From Dehalococcoidia bacterium (GTDB lineage Bacteria > Chloroflexota > Dehalococcoidia > Bin125), in NCBI GenBank assembly GCA_965200625.1, contig OZ241375.1:1896087-1960086 (forward strand): a DNA stretch of 64,000 nucleotides, read 5' to 3'. Shown here one piece after another: positions 17,243 through 27,847 of this stretch; the stretch's first letter is position 1, and each line of letters begins with the position of its first letter. The notes under the pieces are model-generated. The model had not been told where the DNA came from. It saw nothing but the letters and a program-made list of their open reading frames with translations, and ran no database searches. Position numbers and translations under genes: made by a program.

Positions 17243-19144
17243 CTAGGCGGGGACGACTGAGAGTTCTACCCGGGAGGCTCGCTCGGTGTTGTGGTGGATG
17301 GTGTTGCGGGCGGCTTGGGTGTGGGTTTGTTGGCCGATTGGCTCGCCGGTGTTGGGGTTGATGTCGAAGCGGGGGTAGTTGGAAGAGGAGATTTCCAGGC
17401 CGATGCGGTGGCCCGCTTGGAAGGTGTTGGCGGTCGGGTACAGCTCAATCGAGACCTCCACCACCTCGCCTGGCGCGACCAGCTCCTCGCGGTCGAAGCC
17501 GTTGCGGAAGCGCAGGCGCTTGATGCTGTCGCTGATCCGCAGGCTGTAGCCCTCGGGATAGTCCGCGTTGGGCGGATAGCAATCGAGCAGCGTGGCCGTG
17601 AAATCGGTGTCCGGCGCGTCCGTCGAGACGTAGAGGCGCACCGTGAGCGGGCCGCTCACCACGACATCCGCCGCGAGCGGCGCGGTGCGGAAGGAGAGCA
17701 CGTCCGCGCGCGACGCCGTCGGCAGATAGGGCGGCTCCGCGCCCATCACGTCGGGGCGCGTGCGCTGATCAGCGCCGCCGGGCAGGATCAGCTCGCGCGA
17801 GCGCTGGGTCGGCGGCCAGATCTGCGCCTTGAGGGTGGGATCTTCAGGCGCGAACTCGCGCAGCGACGAGACGTTTGCGGAGATCGAGGGCACGGGATTG
17901 GCCGGATCGAACAGATAGCTCGACGCGCCGCCGTCCTCGCCCGCCGGCTCCGCCGCCAGTCCGCCGCCGGGCTGGAGGAACCAGTCGACGGTTTGCGCGG
18001 ACTCGGGCGGCCACTGCGCCTCCTCGCGCCACGCGCCGCCGTGATCCATGCGCCCGGACGGGATCCGCCGCCCGCTGCCGCCGCCCATCACGAACATCGT
18101 CACCGGCGGCATCTCCGCCCAGCCGCTGTCCATCCCCTTGAGCGTCTGGTCGAAGAAGCGCAGCTGCAGGTCGGGGACGCTCGCCGCCAGGTTGCCGGAG
18201 GTGGGCGCGGTTGGGCCGAAGTCCACATCGCCCGACCAGCTGCGGTCGAGCGTGACCTCGCCGTGCGTCCACGGGCCCATCAGCAGATACTGCGGCGCGG
18301 TCTTGGCGGCGCGGAACGCCTGGAACGACTCGGTGGTGGCGCGGGTGTAGCTGTCGTACCAGCCGCCCGAGTAGACGCTCGGCACATCCGCCGTCTGCTC
18401 GAGGAACTTCTCGAAGTTCATTGAGGGCAGCTGCCAGAGCCAGTCGTCCTCGCGCGCCTGGGTGAGCAGATCGATTGCCCAGCGCTCGTAATCCTGGGTC
18501 AGCGCGAGCGGCGTGTCACCGGGCTGCCAGGGCAGGCGGTTGAGGTAGCCGCGCAGATCGACCGCCGCCTGATCGAGCGCCGCGTAGAGCGCGGCGTCGC
18601 CGACCGCCTCGGGGCTGACCGGGGCGTTCCAGAAGGCCCACGCCAACCAGCGCAGCTCCAACGCTCCGCCTTGCCGCAGGGACGAGGTGAGTCCGTTGAA
18701 CGCGCCCTGATTGACCCACATCGCGGCCAGATGCGGGGGATTCTGGGTCGCCGCCGCCGACTGCACCCAGCCCATGTAGGAGGTGCCGACCGTGCCCACT
18801 TTGCCGGTTGACCAGGGATGCTCGGCCAGCCACTCGATCGTGTCGTAGCCGTCCTCCGCCTCGTTCTTGAGCAGGTAGAAGTCGCCTTCGGAGGCGAACC
18901 GGCCGCGCACGTCCTGGACGACACGGGCGTAGCCGCGCCGCGCCCACCACTCCGCGCCGGCGGCGAAGCCGAGTTTGTCGTAGGGCGTGCGCGTCAACAG
19001 CGTCGGCCAGGGACCGGGCAGGGCGACGCCGTCGCGGGCGGGCAGATAGACATCCGTCGCCAGCGATACGCCGTCCCGCATCGGCGTCCGCCGATTGCGC
19101 TGGATTACCACCTCATACGCAGGCTGCGAGTGCTCGTCGCTCAT
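17243..19144 (-). CDS. CocE/NonD-family (S15 X-Pro dipeptidyl-peptidase-like) alpha/beta hydrolase
   Basis: 633 aa with nucleophile elbow GTSYMGW and C-terminal beta-sandwich domain. Confidence 0.8.
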   Translation of the reverse strand: MSDEHSQPAYEVVIQRNRRTPMRDGVSLATDVYLPARDGVALPGPWPTLLTRTPYDKLGFAAGAEWWARRGYARVVQDVRGRFASEGDFYLLKNEAEDGYDTIEWLAEHPWSTGKVGTVGTSYMGWVQSAAATQNPPHLAAMWVNQGAFNGLTSSLRQGGALELRWLAWAFWNAPVSPEAVGDAALYAALDQAAVDLRGYLNRLPWQPGDTPLALTQDYERWAIDLLTQAREDDWLWQLPSMNFEKFLEQTADVPSVYSGGWYDSYTRATTESFQAFRAAKTAPQYLLMGPWTHGEVTLDRSWSGDVDFGPTAPTSGNLAASVPDLQLRFFDQTLKGMDSGWAEMPPVTMFVMGGGSGRRIPSGRMDHGGAWREEAQWPPESAQTVDWFLQPGGGLAAEPAGEDGGASSYLFDPANPVPSISANVSSLREFAPEDPTLKAQIWPPTQRSRELILPGGADQRTRPDVMGAEPPYLPTASRADVLSFRTAPLAADVVVSGPLTVRLYVSTDAPDTDFTATLLDCYPPNADYPEGYSLRISDSIKRLRFRNGFDREELVAPGEVVEVSIELYPTANTFQAGHRIGLEISSSNYPRFDINPNTGEPIGQQTHTQAARNTIHHNTERASRVELSVVPA

Positions 19145-19145
19145 C

Positions 19146-19796
19146 TCATGCTCCTCTGGCCAGCAGCGGCGCCACCGTGGGCGCGCTGGGGATCGATGAC
19201 CGGGTCACGTTCACATGGTTGTCCGAGGGCGGGGCGACGCTCACGCCCAGCTCGCGCAGTAATGCCGCGAGCGGTTCCAGGCCGGTTTCGACGCTGCCCG
19301 CCTCGGGCTGGTAGAGCATCGGAATCACGAGCGGCGCGGCGATTGCGCCTGCGATCCCGGCGGCGGCCTGGGGCGACAGATGCGCGCCGCCGCCGCAGGG
19401 CAGGAGCAGCACATCGGCCCGTTGCAGCTCTTCCAACGCGGCCCGCTCCGGCATTCCTTGCAGATCGCCCAGGTGGGCCACGATCACCTCATCGATCGTG
19501 ACCACGAAGGAGATGTTGCGCGCGCCGTTCGGTCCGGGCGTGCGGACGCCGGTGGCGAGCACCCGTTTGATCTCGTACTCGCCGGGCGCGTCCAGCCAGC
19601 GCTGCGGCCCGGCTGCGTCCAGCGTTACCCCGTCCAGCCAGCTGTGGGCCGCGTCCTGGCCGCGCGACACCGTGACGATGTCCGCCGTCGGCCGGTGCAT
19701 GCGGAAGCCCGTCTCTGGCGCGCACGGGTCCATCACCACCGCCGCCTCCCGGCCGCGCAAGCGGAACGCCGCATGTCCGTACCAGGCAATATCCAT
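19146..19796 (-). CDS. MBL-fold metal-dependent hydrolase (UPF0173-like)
   Basis: 216 aa; MDIAWYGHAAFRL...MDP pattern of short MBL-fold hydrolases. Stop 2 bp from the start of the CocE gene. Confidence 0.7.
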   Translation of the reverse strand: MDIAWYGHAAFRLRGREAAVVMDPCAPETGFRMHRPTADIVTVSRGQDAAHSWLDGVTLDAAGPQRWLDAPGEYEIKRVLATGVRTPGPNGARNISFVVTIDEVIVAHLGDLQGMPERAALEELQRADVLLLPCGGGAHLSPQAAAGIAGAIAAPLVIPMLYQPEAGSVETGLEPLAALLRELGVSVAPPSDNHVNVTRSSIPSAPTVAPLLARGA

Positions 19797-19849
19797 ACCG
19801 ACAGCCTACGCCCAGCAGCGCGAAGCGCCGCCAAACGCCTGCCAGCGGT

Positions 19850-21121
19850 TCAGCCGGCGAGGATGGGGAGCTCGTCGCCGGCCGCTGCCTGGTGGGGCAT
19901 CAGGACGAGCGCCGCGTTCTGGCCGTGCGCTCCGTAGGCGGCGGCCGCCGCGCCCACGATCCGATCCTCGCGCAGCCGCTCGCTGAAGCCCAGACCGCAG
20001 GCGATGTCCGGCTCGCGGAACGTGGCGTGCGGGGGAATCTGGCGCTGCTCGACGATCTTGGCCCCGGCCAGCGCCGACAACGCGCCCGCCGCGCCGACCG
20101 TGTAGCCCACGTTCGGCGAGACCGTGACCGCGTACATATCCAGCGTCCGCCGCCCGAAGGCGCGCTCGATGATGTCCGTCTCGCGCTCGTCGCCCTGCTT
20201 CGAGCCCAGCCCGGCGGTCACGACGACGTCAATGTCGGCGGGCGCGATCTCGCCGCCCAGCAGCGCCTCGCCCGTCGCCCGCCGCGCGACCTCGACATCG
20301 GTCGGCGCGTGGCCGTCGCCCATTGGTCCGGCGGTCAGCGCCTCGCCGCCGATCTCCGCGTAGATGTGCACGCCGCGCTGGACGGCCAGCTGGCGATCTT
20401 CCAGCATCAGCGCCGCCGCGCCCTCGCCCAGCACCATGCCCTGGCGCGTGGCGTCGAACGGCCGCTGGGCGCTCGGATCGGCGGAGCGATCGAGCAGCCC
20501 CGCTGATTCGTAGGCCTCCCAGATGTCCGGGCGCAGCGGCGCTTCCGCGCCGATCGCGAGCGCCGCCCGCATGGTTCCCGCGCGGATCAGCTGCGCCGCC
20601 AGCACGACCGCGGCAAGCCCCGACGCGCCGCCCATTGACACCGTGAAGACCGGCCCGGCGATGTTCAGCCCCAGCGACGCGCCCGACAAGCCCGAGCCCA
20701 GCCGCGCCCAACCGGCGTCCGCGTCCGTGTCTGCGCCCGCGCCGGCGCCAGGATGGGCGATGCCGCTGACCGCTCCGACCACGAACGCGTTCTGCTGGTT
20801 GAACTCGATTCGCGCATCGGTCTGCGCCTGAATGGCCGCGTCCAGGGCCAGCTGCGAGGCGCGATCCATCCGCGCCAGGAGCCAGTCTGGCGCGCCCGAC
20901 GGGCCGCGCCACGACTCGTCCACCTGGCCCGCCGCCGCCGCCCGCGGCGCGGTGAAGGCGCGCAGCGTGGATGCGCACACCCGCCCCTCGCAGAGCGCCG
21001 CCCAGAAATCCGCCGCCGTCTGCCCGGCCGCTGTGACCGCGCCGATCCCGGTGATCACCACCCGCCGGCGCTCCTCCGGGCTCGATTGGCCGACGCCTCG
21101 ATGCACGCCTCCGCTGACCAT
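19850..21121 (-). CDS. Beta-ketoacyl-ACP synthase (FabF-like) homolog lacking the Cys-His-His catalytic triad (pseudo-ketosynthase)
   Basis: VVITGIGAVTAAG N-terminus and thiolase fold. Active-site block reads GPVFTVSMGGASG (Cys to Gly), the NAHGTST block reads VTAGLGS (His to Ala), and the GHLLGAAG block reads GYTVGAAG (His to Tyr). Confidence 0.75.
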   Translation of the reverse strand: MVSGGVHRGVGQSSPEERRRVVITGIGAVTAAGQTAADFWAALCEGRVCASTLRAFTAPRAAAAGQVDESWRGPSGAPDWLLARMDRASQLALDAAIQAQTDARIEFNQQNAFVVGAVSGIAHPGAGAGADTDADAGWARLGSGLSGASLGLNIAGPVFTVSMGGASGLAAVVLAAQLIRAGTMRAALAIGAEAPLRPDIWEAYESAGLLDRSADPSAQRPFDATRQGMVLGEGAAALMLEDRQLAVQRGVHIYAEIGGEALTAGPMGDGHAPTDVEVARRATGEALLGGEIAPADIDVVVTAGLGSKQGDERETDIIERAFGRRTLDMYAVTVSPNVGYTVGAAGALSALAGAKIVEQRQIPPHATFREPDIACGLGFSERLREDRIVGAAAAAYGAHGQNAALVLMPHQAAAGDELPILAG

Positions 21122-21242
21122 CGCTCAACCCCAATCCTCATCGCGCGGACCGCTGCCAACTGCTGTTTGGCGTGTCCTGTGACACCCCGCGGGCGCGGAG
21201 ATTGCTTTGCCGATTCTCCCGAACGCTGCTACGATCACGGCG

Positions 21243-21269
21243 TTAGCACTCTCTGCGCGAGAGTGCCAA
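21243..21269 (+). promoter_or_regulatory. CIRCE operator (HrcA-binding inverted repeat) TTAGCACTC-N9-GAGTGCCAA
   Basis: Near-perfect match to consensus TTAGCACTC-N9-GAGTGCTAA, about 50 bp upstream of the hrcA start. Confidence 0.85.
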
Positions 21270-21317
21270 CTGCATCTTACGACAGCCTCAGCGCCAGAAA
21301 CCGACAGCGTCCGCACG

Positions 21318-22454
21318 ATGCCCTCTGACCGTTCCTCTGACCGCTCCAGCGATCGTCCGAGCGATCGCCTGAGCGATCGCCGCGCCGGCATCTTGCAGCT
21401 GGTCATCCAGGACTACATCGAAACCGCGACGCCGGTCGCCTCGCGCCATGTCGTGGAAAAATACGCCCTGCCCGCCTCGCCCGCCACGATCCGCCACGAA
21501 ATGCACGCGCTCGAGCAGGAGGGCTACCTGGCCCATCCGCACACCTCCGCGGGCCGCGTGCCCTCCAACCGCGGCTACCGCCACTTTGTCCAGTCGCTCA
21601 TGGGCCACGCCGAGCTTGGCCTGGCCGAGCAGGCCTCCGTGCGCCACCAGTTTTTTCAGGCCGCGCCTGCGGTTGATGAGTGGGTCGAGCTGGCCGCCAC
21701 CGTCCTGGCGCGCTCGCTCGGGTTGCTGGTGATCGTTGCGCCGCCCCATCCCGAGCGCCTGCGCGTGCGCCAACTGGAGCTGATCTCGCTCAACGAGCTG
21801 CTCGTCCTGATGATCGTCGTCGTCCAGGAAGCGCGGATGATTCGCCAGCTGATGCCGCTGCCTCAGCCGATCGAGGTGGACGAACTCGACGAGCTCGCCG
21901 CCAAGCTCTCCTGGATGCTGCGCGGCCGCTCCGCGCCGGACGTGCGCGAGGCGGCCCGCCTTGCCCTCGACGCGCCCGGTACCCACCCGGTCGAGCACTT
22001 TGTCCTCGATACGCTCGCCCAGGTGCTCGACCGTGACGCGCAGCGCGCCGGCGTGCCCGCCATCGCCGGCCTCGGCGGGATGATGGCGCAGCCTGAGTTC
22101 CAGCACGAGCCGCTGCGCTCGCTGGAACTGATTGAACTGGTTGACCAGCACGCCGCGGAAGACCTGATCCCCAGCGCCGTGATCGACGATCTCACCCAGC
22201 GCAGCGACATCCGCGGCGCCATGCACGTCCTGATCGGCGACGACCATCCGACGGAGCTGCTCCAGGAGTGCTCGCTCGTCCTTGCGCCCTACCGTTCGAC
22301 CGCCGCCGCCGACGCTGACGCGCCCGAGATTCCCGGTTACGTCGGGATTATCGGGCCGACACGGATGAACTACCCGCGCAGCATCGCCGCCGCGCGCTTC
22401 TACTCGCAACTGCTCCAGGAAATGATCGACGCCGTCTACGGAGCCAATCGATGA
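21318..22454 (+). CDS. hrcA: Heat-inducible transcription repressor HrcA
   Basis: ILQLVIQDYIETATPVASRHV N-terminal wHTH. Preceded by a CIRCE element and followed by grpE-dnaK. N-terminus carries an SDRSSDRSSDRPSDRLSDR tandem peptide repeat. Confidence 0.9.
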   Translation: MPSDRSSDRSSDRPSDRLSDRRAGILQLVIQDYIETATPVASRHVVEKYALPASPATIRHEMHALEQEGYLAHPHTSAGRVPSNRGYRHFVQSLMGHAELGLAEQASVRHQFFQAAPAVDEWVELAATVLARSLGLLVIVAPPHPERLRVRQLELISLNELLVLMIVVVQEARMIRQLMPLPQPIEVDELDELAAKLSWMLRGRSAPDVREAARLALDAPGTHPVEHFVLDTLAQVLDRDAQRAGVPAIAGLGGMMAQPEFQHEPLRSLELIELVDQHAAEDLIPSAVIDDLTQRSDIRGAMHVLIGDDHPTELLQECSLVLAPYRSTAAADADAPEIPGYVGIIGPTRMNYPRSIAAARFYSQLLQEMIDAVYGANR

Positions 22455-23044
22455 GCCCAGACCACCAGTCCGCCGATCAGCTTGATGAGGTTCTGCCCGC
22501 CGCCGAGGACTCGCCCGACGGATCGTTCGGCGACCTCGAAGCGCTGCGCGCGGAAGCGGCCCGCAACTATGCGGGCTGGCAGCGCGCGCAGGCTGACTAC
22601 GAGAACCTGAAGCGCCGCTCGGCGCAGGATGTCCGCGATCGGGTGCAGCAGTCGCAACGCGCGATCCTGCTCGACCTGCTCGATCTCGCCGACGACTTCG
22701 AGCGCGCCCACCGCGAAGCGCCGACCGACGAGTGGCAGGCCGACGATCCCTGGCGGCAGGGCGTTGAGCTGATCTCCCAGAAACTCCACGCGCTCCTGCT
22801 GCGCCAGCAGGTCCAGCCGATCGAGACCATCGAGCAGCCCTTCGATCCCGATTTCCACGAGGCCGTCGGCCAGCTGCCCGGCCAGCACAACGAGATTGTC
22901 GCCGTCCTGCGCACCGGCTACACGGTCGGGACGCGCGTCCTGCGCGCTACCCAGGTGATGGTCGGCGACGGCTCGCTCGGCTCCCCTGATTTCCCCGACT
23001 TCCCTGACCGCTCAGACGAAACACACCACGAACCCACCGAGTAG
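22451..23044 (+). CDS. grpE: Nucleotide exchange factor GrpE
   Basis: GrpE coiled-coil plus C-terminal beta domain; start overlaps hrcA stop (ATGA). Confidence 0.9.
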   Translation: MSPDHQSADQLDEVLPAAEDSPDGSFGDLEALRAEAARNYAGWQRAQADYENLKRRSAQDVRDRVQQSQRAILLDLLDLADDFERAHREAPTDEWQADDPWRQGVELISQKLHALLLRQQVQPIETIEQPFDPDFHEAVGQLPGQHNEIVAVLRTGYTVGTRVLRATQVMVGDGSLGSPDFPDFPDRSDETHHEPTE

Positions 23045-23056
23045 GAGATTCCCCCC

Positions 23057-24937
<1,881 letters not shown>

Positions 24938-24954
24938 TCAGCGCGCGCCCGCGC

Positions 24955-25647
24955 TCAATCCTCCAGCTCGGCCTCCGCCTCCGCCAACAGGAGGATCAGC
25001 CGCTGGGCCAGCGCAGGGACGTGCGCTTGGATGATCTCCCAGAGCTGCTCCGGCTCGATCTGGTAGTAGGCGTGGACAATCCGATGGCGCAGGCCGATCG
25101 TCTCGCGCCACGCAATCTCCGGATGCGCGTCCCGCACCCGGCGGGGGATCTTCCCCGCCTGCTCGCCGAGCTGCAGCAGGTGGAAACTCACCAGGTCGAA
25201 CCGATCCTCGTCGGCCAAGAATTCCTCGTAGTTGATCCCGGTCGTGCTGCCGATGACCCGCGCGCAGCGCTGCTGCATCTCCCGCACGTAGACGTCCCAG
25301 CGCTTGGGGCGTGATTCGTCGGGCATATGCGGCCTCGGATTCAGGGGATCGACTGCTTCGGCCTCGACCCAGGGCAGATACTCGCGGCGCATGTGCCGCT
25401 GCTCGACCAGATCAACCTTGCGCCCGAACAGCGCTTCGAGGTAAACCTCCGCCTCGGAGCGGCCCCAGGACCATTCGCAGTCGAGGGAGCCTACGAGGAT
25501 ATCGACGTCGCTCTCGGCGGTCGCCTCATCGCGCGCGGTGGAGCCGAACAAGCGCAGGTCGCGCACGCCAAAACGCTCGCGCAGCACCGGCAGATGCGCG
25601 CGCAGCAGCGCCAACGCCTCGTCCCTGCTGATCGCCTGATTGCTCAT
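24955..25647 (-). CDS. Fused minimal nucleotidyltransferase (MntA-like) - HEPN/HepT-like RNase domain protein, copy 1
   Basis: N-terminal LFGSTARDEATAESDVDILV (GSxxRGxxxxxSDxDxxV MNT motif); C-terminal GLRHRIVHAYYQ (HepT/DUF86 Rx4HxY). Convergent with dnaK (17 bp gap). Confidence 0.8.
   Translation of the reverse strand: MSNQAISRDEALALLRAHLPVLRERFGVRDLRLFGSTARDEATAESDVDILVGSLDCEWSWGRSEAEVYLEALFGRKVDLVEQRHMRREYLPWVEAEAVDPLNPRPHMPDESRPKRWDVYVREMQQRCARVIGSTTGINYEEFLADEDRFDLVSFHLLQLGEQAGKIPRRVRDAHPEIAWRETIGLRHRIVHAYYQIEPEQLWEIIQAHVPALAQRLILLLAEAEAELED
25288..25625. repeat. Direct repeat copy A (about 338 bp, roughly 97% identical to 26063-26400) covering the MNT-domain half of the fused gene
   Basis: Nucleotide alignment by eye of the 5' halves of the two paralogs. 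Confidence 0.8.
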
Positions 25648-25725
25648 CACCGCGCCTGCGCGTCCAGATTACCGCCCCGCGCTGCCTGCCTGTCCGGCGG
25701 CAACCGCGCCGCGCCCGCGCTGTCC

Positions 25726-26424
25726 TCAATCCTCCAGCTCGGCCTCCGCCTCCGCCTCCGCCAACAGCGGCTCCAGCTGTTCCGCCAACGCGGGGACGTG
25801 GTGCTGGATGATCTCCCAGAGCTTCGCCGGCTCGATCTGGTAGTAGGCGTGGGCGATCCGGTTGCGTAGGCCGATCGTCTCGCGCCACGCGATCTCAGGA
25901 TGCGCCTCGCGCACCGACGGCGGCGCCTTGCCTGCCAACTCGCCGATCTGGAGCAGATTGAAACTGACCGCCCGCAGCGTCCGCTCGTCGGCCAGATAGG
26001 CGTCGTAGTCCATCCCCGCCGTGAAGGCGGTGACCTCGCGGCAGTACTTGAGCATGTCGCGGATGTAGACGTCCCAGCGCTTGGGGCGTGATTCGTTGGG
26101 CATGTGGGGCCTCGGATTCAGGGGATCGACCGCCTCGGCCTCGACCCAGGGCAGATACTCGCGGCGCATGTGCCGCTGCTCGACCAGATCAACCTTGCGG
26201 CCGAACAGCGCTTCGAGGTAAACCTCCGCCTCGGAGCGGCCCCAGGACCATTCGCAGTCGAGGGAGCCGACGAGGATATCGACGTCGCTCTCGGCGGTCG
26301 CCTCATCGCGCGCCGTGGAGCCGAACAAGCGCAGGTCGCGCACGCCGAAGCGCTCGCGGAGCACCGGCAGATGCGCGCGCAGCAGCGCCAACGCCTCGTC
26401 CCGCCCCGTCACCGGCCTCGTCAT
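25726..26424 (-). CDS. Fused MNT - HEPN/HepT-like protein, copy 2 (tandem paralog)
   Basis: Same MNT motif; HEPN half diverged but carries the canonical GLRNRIAHAYYQ motif. Confidence 0.8.
   Translation of the reverse strand: MTRPVTGRDEALALLRAHLPVLRERFGVRDLRLFGSTARDEATAESDVDILVGSLDCEWSWGRSEAEVYLEALFGRKVDLVEQRHMRREYLPWVEAEAVDPLNPRPHMPNESRPKRWDVYIRDMLKYCREVTAFTAGMDYDAYLADERTLRAVSFNLLQIGELAGKAPPSVREAHPEIAWRETIGLRNRIAHAYYQIEPAKLWEIIQHHVPALAEQLEPLLAEAEAEAELED
26063..26400. repeat. Direct repeat copy B (MNT-domain half of paralog 2)
   Basis: See copy A. Confidence 0.8.
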
Positions 26425-26706
26425 GCCCGCTCACTCCCCGCTCAGATTAGCGATCCGTCCCCAATGGCTGCGGAGCCGTCCGCTCCCGCTCGGCGCGCAG
26501 AAACGCCAACGCCCCGCTCAGCCGAGCGGGGCGTTGGGCACATCGGCAGCAACGGCTCAGAGGGAAGATTCGTCAGACCTGAACTACCGGCCGAGCTTCT
26601 ACGGACGAATGCGCAGGAGCGGCGGGAAGTAGGCTGACTCGGCCCGGGCGAACTCGATCCGGGGGAGGGCCGCGCCGATTGCGGGGGGCGCGATATCCTG
26701 TCTGGT

Positions 26707-27834
26707 ATGGCTCAATCTGACGACTTCTACGACATCCTTGGCCTCGCCCGCGACGCCTCCTCCGACGACATCCGCCGCTCGTTCCGCAAGCTGGCGATGG
26801 AGCACCATCCTGATCGGGTCACCGACCCGGCCCAGAAAGAGGCTTCGGAGGCCAAGTTCAAACGCATTGCCGCCGCCTATGAGGTGCTCTCCGACCCGGA
26901 GAAGCGGGCCAAGTACGACCAGTTCGGCTCGAGCGGCGCGTTCGCCCAGGGCGCGGGCTTCGAGGGCTTTGACTTTGGCGGCTTCGGCGACATCTTCGAC
27001 GCCTTCTTTGGCGGTCGGCGGCAGGCCGGGCCGATCCGCGGGGGCGACCTGCGCATCCAGATCGAGCTGGACTTTGAGGACGCCGTCTTCGGCTGTGAGG
27101 AAGAGCTGCGCGCCTCGCGGCTTGAACACTGCACGGTCTGCGGCGGCTCCGGCGGCGAGCCGGGCACGCAGCGCGTGGCCTGCACGGTCTGCGGCGGCTC
27201 GGGCGAGATCCGTCGCACTCAGTCGAACGTCTTCGGCCGCTTCGTCAACGTCGCGCCCTGCGAGCCCTGCGAGGGCGAGGGCGCGGTGATCGAGCATCCC
27301 TGCAAGGCCTGCGGCGGCATCGGACGCGAGCAGCGCAATCGGCGGCTCAAGCTCAAGATTCCCGCCGGCGTGACCGACGGCGCGCAGATGCGGCTCTCGG
27401 GCGAGGGCGACGCCGGACTGCGCGGCGGTCCCGCCGGCAACCTCTATGTCGATGTCGCCATCCGCCCGCACGCACTCTTCCTGCGCGACGGCAACGACCT
27501 GATCCTGCCCCTGCGCCTCAACGTCGCCCAGGCGGCGCTCGGCGCGACCGTCCAGATTCCCGGCATCAACGGCCACGAACAGCCGCTCAACGTGCCCGCC
27601 GCCACCCAGCACGGCCACGAGTTCCGCCTGCACGGGGAAGGCGTGCCCCATCTGCGCGGACTCGGGCGCGGCGATCTGCGCGTCCAGGTCAACGTCGAGA
27701 TTCCGACCAAGCTGACCAGCGAGCAGCGCGCCGCCTTTGAGCAGCTCGCCGAGCTGCTGGACGAGCCCGCCAACCGCTCCGGCGGCAGCGACGACGGCGT
27801 CTTCTCCCGCATTCGCGGAGCGTTCTCCAATTAG
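26707..27834 (+). CDS. dnaJ: Molecular chaperone DnaJ
   Basis: J domain with HPD, G/F region and four CxxCxGxG zinc-finger repeats. Confidence 0.95.
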   Translation: MAQSDDFYDILGLARDASSDDIRRSFRKLAMEHHPDRVTDPAQKEASEAKFKRIAAAYEVLSDPEKRAKYDQFGSSGAFAQGAGFEGFDFGGFGDIFDAFFGGRRQAGPIRGGDLRIQIELDFEDAVFGCEEELRASRLEHCTVCGGSGGEPGTQRVACTVCGGSGEIRRTQSNVFGRFVNVAPCEPCEGEGAVIEHPCKACGGIGREQRNRRLKLKIPAGVTDGAQMRLSGEGDAGLRGGPAGNLYVDVAIRPHALFLRDGNDLILPLRLNVAQAALGATVQIPGINGHEQPLNVPAATQHGHEFRLHGEGVPHLRGLGRGDLRVQVNVEIPTKLTSEQRAAFEQLAELLDEPANRSGGSDDGVFSRIRGAFSN

Positions 27835-27847
27835 CCGCGCGCCCGCC

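Noticed and set aside
27737-27847. PrmA start at 27737, overlapping dnaJ
   Set aside because: It would add a 37-aa Ser/Pro/Ala-rich extension fully inside dnaJ in another frame; PrmA homology begins right after the dnaJ stop.
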